DNA of 64,000 nucleotides, taken from assembly GCF_048593235.1 (NCBI RefSeq), contig NC_133617.1, positions 70,206,937 to 70,270,936 of the forward strand, given 5' to 3'. The notes below the pieces were generated by a model. The model was not told where the DNA came from. It did not search any database and saw only the letters and a program-made list of their open reading frames with translations. The first letter of the stretch is position 1, and every line of letters starts with the position of its first letter. A program made the position numbers and the translations under genes. This stretch comes from Sminthopsis crassicaudata. Lineage: Eukaryota. Of the stretch, positions 41,301 through 50,500 are shown piece by piece.

Positions 41301-44300
41301 GTGATCTCCTCCTATAAATCTGACCCCTGTCTTGGGCAGCTCTCCACCCTCCTCCTCCTCCACCACCTCCTCTGTAAGATCTGCTGTAATAATCACTATC
41401 ATCATAGCCTCGATTGTATCTTCGATCATAGTAATCACGAAGGTGAGAACGTCTTCCCATGTAGATTCCAGGGATTGGGCTGTGGGGTCTTTTTGTTATA
41501 GAAAACTCTACTCAGATCCTCCGGCCACCCAGTTCCATTCCATTGGCACGCTCTTTAGCTTCCTTGGCATCATCCACATTCTCAAAATAGACAAAGGCAA
41601 ATCCTTGGGGAGCGCGGGACTGTTGGTCATACACAATGGACACATCTGCGATTGGGCCATAATTGGAAAACACTTCTCTGAGATCCCTCTCGGTAGTATA
41701 CAGATTCAATCCAAACACTCCGAGACAACAGTTGGGGTCAGGATTGGCTCGATTCCCAATGTGCCACCTACGGGTAGACATTGGAGAATGACTGTGGCTA
41801 TATCGCCTTCGGTAATCTCGACTGTACCACCTGCTCTGGGATCATCTGTGGGAGCGGGAGCAAGAATGGGATCTAGTATAATACCTTTAAAAACTTCTGG
41901 ATCTCGATCGAGACTCTGAACTGGACCTCGACTTGGATCTGGAGCACTGGGAATCTTCCTGGGAACATGACCTTGCGGATTTCCCAGATCTGTGGGCACT
42001 GTCACTTCTGGAAGTGGAACGGGATTCCCCCTCACTGTAATTCTGCTCGCCGCTGTTGCTCATGGTGCCACTGGGCTGCCTCACTGCCCTCTCTTGCAGT
42101 TGAATCCGCTGCTGCCGGGTCTCCGCCGAAAACTGACCACCCGCCACTGCCTCTGTGTCCTGCTCTGCCCCACTTGTTGGGCGCCAAAATGTCAAGTCCT
42201 GTCGTCTCTTAATTGTAATCCTTCTCTGGGAGCAGGTTTCTTGGGAGACTTCTGGAGCCTCCAGCCAGAGCGAAGGTAGAATCTCGAATCCTTCTCTTGC
42301 TGAATCCTGACTCTGAATCTCCTCCAGCTTCCCTGAAGTTCTCCTGGGAAGTCTCATCCTTGACCCAATCCAGACTCTAACTTCTTCCAGACTGCCCTTA
42401 GCTCCTTTTGTCCTCCCAGAGAATGGGCTTGTGAGTACCCCAAAAGTGTAAACCTCTTTAAGAAGTCTAAAGGTGTAAACTTCCCCCCCCCCTCCTGAGG
42501 CTGGGGTTAAGTGACTTGCCCAGGGTCACACAGCTGGAAAGTGTTAAGTGTCTGAGATTACATTTGAACTCGGGTCCTCCTGAATTCAGGGCTGGTGCTC
42601 TATCCACTGTGCCACCTAGCTGCCCCTGGTGTAAACTTCTTTAAAGGTTTGAACTAAAGGTGTGAACTCTGAGCTCGAGAATTGTTAAGTACTATGCTAA
42701 ATTAGACAACCAAGTTAGCACCTAGTAATCCTAACAACCTATGTGACACTTAACCTCTGCCTGCCTCAGTTTCCTCACTTGTAAAAAGGAGAAAAATAAT
42801 AGCTCCTCCCTCCTAAGGTTGTTGTGAGAATAAAATGAAATAGTGTTTGTAAAGCATTTAGCACAGGTGCTAACTAGTGTTATGATTATTGGTTAATAGA
42901 GTTACTAGAAAATTCCTTTACCCATTTATCTTGTACTGATTAGTTAGTACATTGTATGGGTATTTTTCCATTGCATGAAGTAGAAAGAGCACAGGTGTTA
43001 GAGAAAAGGGTCCTGGGTTTGAATTCTTCATATTTGTATGATGTTGGGAAAGTCACTGTCCCCCACACTAAGCTTCAGGTTCCTTATCTAAAAAATGAAG
43101 AGGCGGCTGGCCCTGGGAGACCTATGATCTCCCCAGCTGACTAACTCTTACTTTGCCCTACCAAGTTAGTGAAATGGGAAGGTTTCCCAAAGGAGTTTCA
43201 AACTGCTTGTGTTCCCAGAACCACAAGAGCTTGGGGAGGGAGGACAGCTCTTCTCTTACCTCTCTCGGACTGCAGTCTCTGTTGCCCCTTCCTGTCCAGC
43301 CTCTTGGGTGGCTACCTCAGACATCTCCTGGGCAGCCTGAGCCATATTGACAGCAGTCGGCCTGGCTGTCACCAGGTACTTTAGTGAGTCCTGCACGAAG
43401 GTCACCAGGGCCTCAAGACCAGGTCCCCCTGATCCAGCGTGCAGCTCTACAGCCAAGCTCAGGCAGCCTACTATGGCAATAGCTGGAGCACCTCTCACCT
43501 GGGATGAGGAAGAGAATAAGTCAAGGGATCTGTCTCTGATTAATCCAGAGGGGTGACAGGTGAAACCTGGCCTGTTGGGGCTCAGGTTAGGATGCATACA
43601 GGCCTCAGGTTAAGCTATTCTGGGATACCCAAACTTTGCCTCAGTTTTCCTATCCTAAGTCAAGAAGTATTTTTGCATCCCCAGAACTTAGCACAGTGCC
43701 ATGCACATAGTAGTAGGTCCTTAATAAGTGTTTGTTAATTGGTTGGTTGATTATGCAGACCCTGAAGAGAAGAGGTCATAGACTCAGTCACAGACTGTCA
43801 GAAGAGTTCAAATGGCTTATTATCTAGACAAGGAAATTTGGGATTGGAGAAGGAAGGAGACTTTATTAAGATCAAAGAATGATTAAGCAGCAGAGAAGGA
43901 TTTGAATCCAAATATTCCATATCATATCCAAAGTTCTTTCTATTCTCTCATATTGCTGATTAATGGACAGTTGATTTATGCTGGCCATGCTGGGCACTCA
44001 AAACCCATTCTGATCCATAGTATCTACATAGTGCTAACAGATTAAACAGTTTTAGAGATCTTTGGAACAGAGAATATCTTAACTCAGAGGGGCTTAAATG
44101 ATAGTATGTCAGAGCTGGGAGGGCCCTTAGAACCCAGGATGTCAGAGCTGGGAGGGCCCTTAGAACCCGGGATGTCAGAGCTGGGAGGGCCCTTAGAACC
44201 CAGGATGTCAGGGCTGGGAGGGCCCTTAGAACCCAGGATGTCAGGGCTGGGAGGGCCCTTAGAACCCGGGATGTCAGAGCTGGGAGGGCCTTTAGAACCC

Positions 44301-45046
44301 AGGATGTCAGGGCTGGGAGGGCCCTTAGAACCCAGGAGGTCAGAGCTGGGAGGGCCCTTAGAACCCAGGAGGTCAGAGCTGGGAGGGCCCCTAGAACCCA
44401 GGACGTTAGAGCTGGGAGAGGCCTTAGAACCCAGGATGTCAGAGCTGGGAGGGCCCTTAGAACCCAGGACGTTAGAGCTGGGAGAGGCCTTAGAACTCAG
44501 GATGTCAGAGCTGGGAGGGCCCTTAGAACCCAGGATGTCAGAGCTGGGAGGGCCCTTAGAACCCAGGATGTCAGAGCTGGGAGGGTCCTTAGAACCCAGG
44601 ATGTCAGAGCTGGGAGGGCCCTTAGAACCCAGCATGTCAGAGCTGGGAGGGCCCTTAGAACCCAGGATGTTAGAGCTGGGAGGGCCCTTAGAACCCAGGA
44701 TGTCAGAGCTGGGAAGACACTTATTCAATGAGTGTCAGAGTAGGAAGTGACCGCAGGGCCCAGATCTGAGCCTGGAGGTGTTTTATGGGTTTCTCGGCTG
44801 CCTCCTCCCCAGCCCAGGGCTCACTTCTTCGGACACACAGCTGACCTCACACTAGGGTTCTCCAGGCCCTCCATCCCAGCCTGGCGCCCCCCCCCCCCCT
44901 TTCCCTTCTTCCACCTTCATGGCCCTGATGGCTTCCCAGGCCTGTTGCACAGAGGTCACGGCCTCATAATGGCTCTGTTGGGGCAGCAGCAGCTGGTCCA
45001 GGATGTGCAGGGAGCCCCGGTGATAGCGGATCGCTTCTAAGCTCAT
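35354..45046 (-). CDS. MRI1: Methylthioribose-1-phosphate isomerase 1 (methionine salvage), 6 exons, 358 aa
   Basis: Exons 45046-44915, 43498-43260, 40533-40358, 40010-39834, 39235-39011, 35481-35354; GT-AG; 1077 nt. Hallmark motifs [70 protein letters not shown]. Confidence 0.96.
35791..35950 (-). mobile_element. MAR1/MIR-type SINE
   Basis: gttgttgttcagtcatg...ggggttttcttggcaaagat...gccatttccttctccag is the MAR1 tail in reverse, followed by CORE. Confidence 0.7.
36340..36490. other. Assembly gap (151 N) in MRI1 intron 5
   Basis: Run of N; the right edge is a truncated WSINE1. Confidence 0.99.
36491..36564 (-). mobile_element. WSINE1 5' portion abutting the gap
   Basis: Same head sequence as the other WSINE1 copies. 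Confidence 0.85.
36759..37910 (-). mobile_element. Young 5'-truncated L1 (1.15 kb) in MRI1 intron 5, sense to MRI1
   Basis: 16-bp TSD cacctaagaaattttt at 36743-36758 and 37911-37926. Stop-free ORF2 C-terminus (ORF 37131-37913) with the Cys-rich [16 protein letters not shown] motif. 3' UTR and an (A/AAAAC) tail are present. Confidence 0.95.
38089..38238 (-). mobile_element. WSINE1 with G-rich tail
   Basis: Full-length copy; 13-bp TSD agcctt(g/a)ttttat at 38076-38088 and 38239-38251. Confidence 0.9.
40944..42063 (-). pseudogene. TRA2B: Intronless TRA2B (transformer-2 beta) retrocopy in MRI1 intron 2: CDS 42063-41224 plus ~280 nt of 3' UTR; three in-frame stops
   Basis: Translates as [16 protein letters not shown]..., RRM LGVFGL...[25 protein letters not shown], poly-[15 protein letters not shown] and [12 protein letters not shown]. 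No introns. Stops at 41889-41887, 41844-41842 and 41514-41512, all in one frame. The 3' UTR resembles recalled TRA2B UTR (aagtgaacagtgcctagtg...aaaaggtttttctactga). Confidence 0.95.
42167..42186 (-). mobile_element. Retroviral primer-binding site, tRNA-Lys(1,2) type, with a 2-nt insertion
   Basis: Minus strand TGGCGCCCAAC-AA-GTGGGGC versus canonical TGGCGCCCAACGTGGGGC; starts 3 nt after the LTR-terminal CA. Confidence 0.85.
42190..42736 (-). mobile_element. ERV LTR (probably class II/beta-like), ~390 bp after removing an inserted WSINE1
   Basis: Minus strand begins TGTTAGG (42736) and ends ...aggacttgaCA (42190), directly followed by the PBS. Body resembles marsupial LTRs I recall (ttgtctaatttagcatagtacttaac; ctaccttcg..ctggctggaggc; ttaagagacgacaggact). 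The outer flank is a MIR CORE fragment. Family not verified. Confidence 0.75.
42483..42627 (-). mobile_element. WSINE1 inserted inside the LTR
   Basis: Full-length SINE with TSD ggtgtaaactt at 42472-42482 and 42628-42638. Confidence 0.92.
44106..44715. repeat. 33-bp minisatellite, ~18.5 copies, in MRI1 intron 1
   Basis: Unit atgtcagagctgggagggcccttagaacccagg repeated head to tail with few variants and no spacers. Confidence 0.97.
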
Positions 45047-45420
45047 GGCAGGTCAGGGAAGAAGCCTGAGTACTAGCTCCAGGAGCCAAGCAGCTCTGAG
45101 GAAGCCTGAGAACTAGTCGGAACACACGTGAGGCCCGGCTTCCCCTGGGCCCTAAAGAGAGCGGGTAAATGGAGGTGGGGCTTTCTGAGAAAAAGGCGGG
45201 GCAGACCTTAAGCTCTTTAACTGGGGGAGTGAAGTGACCGCAGGGTAGGGCCGGCGTAGGTAAATGCTAATTGATTGATCGATGGTCCTAAAGGACCGCT
45301 TGGGATTCCTTCCCCGCCCCCATTCTCACCCAGGGTTACTTGCTGTCGCTTTGGGTCTAAAAAGTAAGAATGTAGGAAACGCCCGGAGGGTACAAGCCGA
45401 AGCCATCCTAGCCTTTACCC
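45047..45420 (-). promoter_or_regulatory. MRI1 promoter / 5' UTR region
   Basis: Locally CpG-richer; E-box CACGTG (45125-45130) and GC box (~45195) upstream of the ATG. Confidence 0.5.
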
Positions 45421-47549
45421 CATCCCGTAGGTTCTTCTGGCTGTTAGGACACAGCTTCTAAACTCGCCTGACCTCTTTGCTACGTGACCTTCGGCCAGCC
45501 TGCTGCAATTATCTGCTTTGGAAGTCTGTGGGGCTGGCTTTGTAAGGATTCTCTTATGGAATTACTTAAGAAGGCAACGACTTGGAAGTCGTTTCTCCGG
45601 GGCTTCCATTTCTCCAGTCTAAACCTAGTGGGCTCGACAGGGTCCCCTGTAGTCCATTGCAGCTCTAAATCTATAATCCTCTAGATAAGGTTTGAGTCCT
45701 CTAATTCGCTGTCAATTTCATTTTGTGTAAAAGTTTTTGTAACAAGCGAAGGAGGTCGTACTAGGAAATATGTCAAAACAAAAGACAAAAACATTTCTCA
45801 AAGAATTTTTTTTTAACCACTGGATCTGGTCCGGAAAGCTAGGACTGAATCTAAGTTCTGTCCTGGACTTTCCCCTCTTGACCTACAGTTTCCTAAAACT
45901 GGAGAGAGGTTCTGCTTCCAGTAATATACGTGAAGAGAATACTGAAATGAAAGCTGATGCTGTAGTCACCTTTCTCCTCTGGAAAGGGTGGTGACTATGG
46001 GCATGAAATATGGCGCACTTTTAACTTGGTCACGGTAGGTTCCATTTTTTGTCTAAAAGTTTTTGTAATAGGAAGGAGACCATACTAGGAAATATGTTCA
46101 AAACAAGGCCAAATAAAAACAGAAGTGATGTGCCCAGATAATCTTTAGGGGCAATGTGCTGATTTTATAGCTCATGTGTGCTGATCATAATCCTACCTTC
46201 TTAATCAAGATACCATAGGCTACAAAGTAGCTACCCCTACAATCCCTCTTAAATTTCCTTTCAAGCCCCTAAACCTTAGGAATACCGGACCTAACAAAGG
46301 GTACGAGAAGCTTCTCAGGCAATAGTTTAGCTCTCCCAAAAGGCTTAAATTTGGGAATTCAGTGAATCTCCAGACCCCTCAGGTTGCCACAATGCAAGGC
46401 AATGGCTACCTTTCTGCTTCCACAGCAATAGGGCAGGGAGCCCAACAAGGTTTGGGTAGAAGTCAACGGGCTTTTTTTTGTTTCCCAACTTGCTCAAACT
46501 TTTCCCCTCAGGACAATGGACGGGAGGAAGGGTGAAAGGGAATAATAGTTCCTTAACAGCTACTTCTGGGACAGCTTTGTCTTCACAGTGTTTGACCAAT
46601 TTTCATGGAAACCAAACATGAATGCATTTCTGTTCCATTTATGTCCAGAAAGAACTAAGAAGTCAAGGATAAATTGGCCTATGTAGGCAATAAAGTGAAC
46701 ACAAAGGACACTGGACGTGGAGTCAGGAGACTTGCCTGAGCCTCTGTTTCCTAATTTATCAAATGGGCATAGTAATTATTCAAATGACCTATTTGACAAC
46801 AGCTGGTGGTAGATGTATGTGAAACCTTATATTTCACACACACGTTACACATAAATGATATAAATTACTTACTAGTTACTGTGTGGCCCTGAACAGTCTG
46901 TTTCCTCATCTGTAAATGTGTTGGAGGAAAAGAGCAAACCATTCCAATCTTTGCCAAAAGAACCTCGAATGGGGTCACAGAGTCAGATGTGACTGAACAA
47001 TAAATATACACATACAACTGCTGCATACAGCATATAATACATGCATATGTATTTATGTGTGTGCGTGTACATGTACATGTGAGACCTATGTATTCTTGGT
47101 CAATTAACTTGCCTTCTCTAAGGTCCCTTCTAGATCTAAATCCCCTGATTTCTTCAGACTCAGGGGAAACAGGGCTGAGGTCTTTATTTAGTTTCCATAT
47201 TTTAACACTGCTTACTCTTCATTCCAATATAGAAAGGAGGGAGTGCTGTCTACATCTAATAATCTGATGCACCAACTGAATTTAATAGGTGGGGGTTTAA
47301 TAAATTCATGTCAGAGATTCAAGTCAAGACACCACACGCTCCCTCCTCAGTTAAATAAATAAAAACCCAATTATTTACAGAGAATTGAAGTCCTGAGGGG
47401 AAAAAAAGTTTCTCATTCTAGGAAGGCTTGGTGGGAAGAAGCCTATCCAGATATGGTCTCTTTGCTAAGTGGAAGCCTCCCTGGGGGAGTGAGGATTTCT
47501 TGAGGGGGAAGGTAGCCTAGGATGGAGGGAATGATAATATTAGTCACTA

Positions 47550-50500
47550 TTAGTCACTCTCAGAGTCTGAATAGTCTGCAACTAGAGAAGAACTGAGGAT
47601 GGAAGTGCTGCTGGGGCCCCCCTGTGTTTCCACATCTGGGGAATAGTGTGTCTCCGATGAAGATCCTCCTGGAATGTTTTCATCCACCTCCTTCATTGTA
47701 CTTGGCTCTGGAGCTTCGCCTGATTCCTGAGGGCCCTCAAGACCATCCCTGGACTTCCGACGTACAATTCCTAAGTCACTGCTAGTGATGGAGGATGCAC
47801 TGGGGATGGGTTTTCGGCTAACTGCCAGTTTCTTGAGAACACTGTTCACCTTGCTATTGCTGGCCCCAGGTATTGGGGAAGAAGGGAACCAGGAGCGGCC
47901 GAAGATTTCTGTCCGTTTCAATTTCTGTTTGTCTTCATATGCTGGCAAATGGAGATGAGGCAGATTAAAAGGTAGGGTAAGAGCCATCCAGGAGTATTTC
48001 TTTAACGTGCTCCAGACAGGTTCTCATGTACTCAATATTAAGAACTTTCCTCCCTTTCCTACTCTCACATCCCTTCTTCCTCCTTGTCCTTAATAAGATG
48101 TCTCCCCTGAATCCATCCTCCCTTTCTTTCCCTCCCCCCCCACTCCTCTCCCCACTCCCACTCCTAGTCCACAACAGATAAGACTAGGACGCACAGTCCA
48201 GGCTGTGGTACTTGAGCAGAGCAGCAAGCTTCCGGTCCTCCTCTGTTTCAGGCACCAGGGGGATACTGAGGTTTGCCTTTGTCTGTAGAGCCAGTGTTTT
48301 TTCCTCTTCTTCCTTTATGGCCTTTTTCTTTTCCTAAAGTAAAAGATTGGCAAAAGAAGGAGGAAAGAAAGATGAAGAGGGAAGCATGAGGAAAATACGA
48401 GGAGAGGTGAATGGAAACCTCCTTTTTACCACTGCCCTCCAAGAACTAAAGTCTGTCCTAGGCAAGGACAAGAGCCCCAGTTGGCTCCCTTGCTCCAAGA
48501 CTGACATTGCAATCCAGACAGGCCTTGCTTTCTCTAGCCAGTATTACCCATGTGATGGAAACAGACCTGGATTCGAACACTGATTATTACTGAAAAAATA
48601 CTACCTTTAAAAAGTCTCGTAAATCCCTTTGAGTCTCTTTTTTTTTAAGTTTGTAAAATGAAGGATTGGATTAGATGAGACAAAGACTCCTTCCAGCTCT
48701 AGCCCCTATAAACCTCTTCGTTATCTGTGGTGACCACTGAAAAATCATTTAACTTCCCCCCCCCCCCCATTTAACTCTTTTAGGCTTCAGTTTCCTCCTC
48801 TGACAAATCAGCTAGCTTAGACTAGAAGATGAGAGTGATCTATTCTGACTCACAGCTCTGGGCAAAGAGACTGATGGCCTGTTCCTCAGAGCAGTTTAAC
48901 CTGAAAGGTAGCAGCCTCCAGTGACTGCCCAGCATTCAGAAATGTTTCCCCTTAGCCCCAGCCCTCCTCACCCTAAACTTTCTCCTTAGCATGCTGTTAA
49001 GGGCAAAGTCATCCTTCCAGGCGCTCTGGGCTTCCTGGATGTTGGACAGGCTGGGAATGGCCTTCTGCAACTTGCTCTGGTCTGTGGTGCCATGCTCCAG
49101 GCGGAACATGGCGTCAGTCTCCAGCTTCTGTTTCTTCTCCTGCTCTGGAAGGAAAATGGGGTGAGATATTTGGCGGTCCTGCTCTGGGGCAGGGGAAGGC
49201 CTGGAGCTAGAGGGCAGGGCTCACCTGTGGTCAGGATCTGTTCATTGTCCGCCATGTCCCAGCGCTCTTCCTTCCTCTGGGCACCACTCACAATCACATA
49301 GTCACAATTGGCAGGATCTGTCTGCATCTCGATGTAGTTGACACAGAGGTGACATTTCATTCTGAACCTGGAGAGGAATTTGCCAACAGAAACCATGAGA
49401 TCACAGAACCATTATACTCTAGGGGAGTTGCCAGTGAGTCTCAAAGAGTCAAAGGTGGGAGGTGGGCTCAGCAGGAGTCATAGAAAGGGACAAGTGGGCT
49501 AGGAGCTCTTTGTGTGGAGAGGTGGAAATAAAGAACAGGGTCAAGAGAAAATATTCAAAACTGACCAAGGGAAGGGACCTCCAAATACATCCATTTCTAC
49601 CCCCTCATTTAATGGGTGAGTACTCTTGAGACCTGAAGAGCACAAGTAATTTGCCAGAGGCCTATGAGAGGATCAAATCCAGAATTCCAGCGCAGTCCAG
49701 AACCCTGTGCTGCCTCTGAATGATGCCTCTTGTTTCTATCATGTTAAGAAGTTATAAAGTTCCTTCTTCACTATCTAAAGGCAGAGACTGCCAACACCAG
49801 GCCCATTTCACAGTTGAAGAGAAGCCCAAAGGCTGCTACTTGCTAGGGTCACATGATCACCAAATCTCAGGGCTGGGTCATCACCCAGGAGTCAGAGCAG
49901 ACAGAGTGGGAGGTGCAGCATGGCCCAAAAGGTGGTGAGAGCGGAAGGCTGAGTGGCAGACCTGGCAGAGCTCCTGCTGGGCTGGGGAACCTCTCTGCTG
50001 GAGGCAGGCTGGGGACTGGCACCCAGCGCACTGAGATTTCTCTTTCTGCTCTGAATCACAAGCTTCTTTGCATAGACAGAAGAAAGCAAGGCCTGAACTA
50101 ACTCTGCCCACCCCAGGCCTGCCATTGGCTCTCAGTGGGGTTAGTACGGGTCACAGTGGCTGGGAGATGGCATTCCACCTGGGCTGGTCCCCTTCTCCCA
50201 CCAGAATGGAGATGAGCTGCTTACACTGACTGCAGCCATAGTTGTTCTCTTCCCCTTTCACTCATTTTCCCCCAAAAGCATCTGAGTTTTCTGTAGCTCA
50301 CCCACCCAGAATATTCAACATTGCAATACACAGCAGCACTCACCTGTAGATGGGGGTTGTGTAATAATTGCCAACCTTCTTCTTTTCAGCATTGTAACGA
50401 ACACCTGGGAAGGAAGGGAAGAGCAAATGAAAGACTCAGGAAAACTTTCTGGGCATATAGCAATGCTTTGCCAGATCAGTCCATTCAGTTAATATTAACT

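Noticed and set aside
41512-41889. Stop-codon readthrough or selenocysteine recoding rescuing the TRA2B copy
   Set aside because: One stop is TAA, all three fit CpG decay of Arg codons, and no SECIS-like structure was recognised.
44106-44715. CRISPR-like array or repeat-protein gene
   Set aside because: Units are contiguous with no unique spacers and the DNA is mammalian. The open frames follow from a stop-free 33-bp unit; there is no independent coding evidence.
47539-47558. 10-bp tandem duplication (attagtcact x2) across the YJU2B stop codon
   Set aside because: Real but inconsequential: the protein still ends DYSDSESD* like the recalled ortholog.
48195-48442. Apparent frameshift in the YJU2B exon at the A-run (ORF track shows GKEKGHKGRRGKN...)
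   Set aside because: The track ORF is a different frame. Read from the acceptor at 48333 the 139-nt exon is open (EKKKAIKEEEEKTLALQ...KYHSLD) and phase-compatible.
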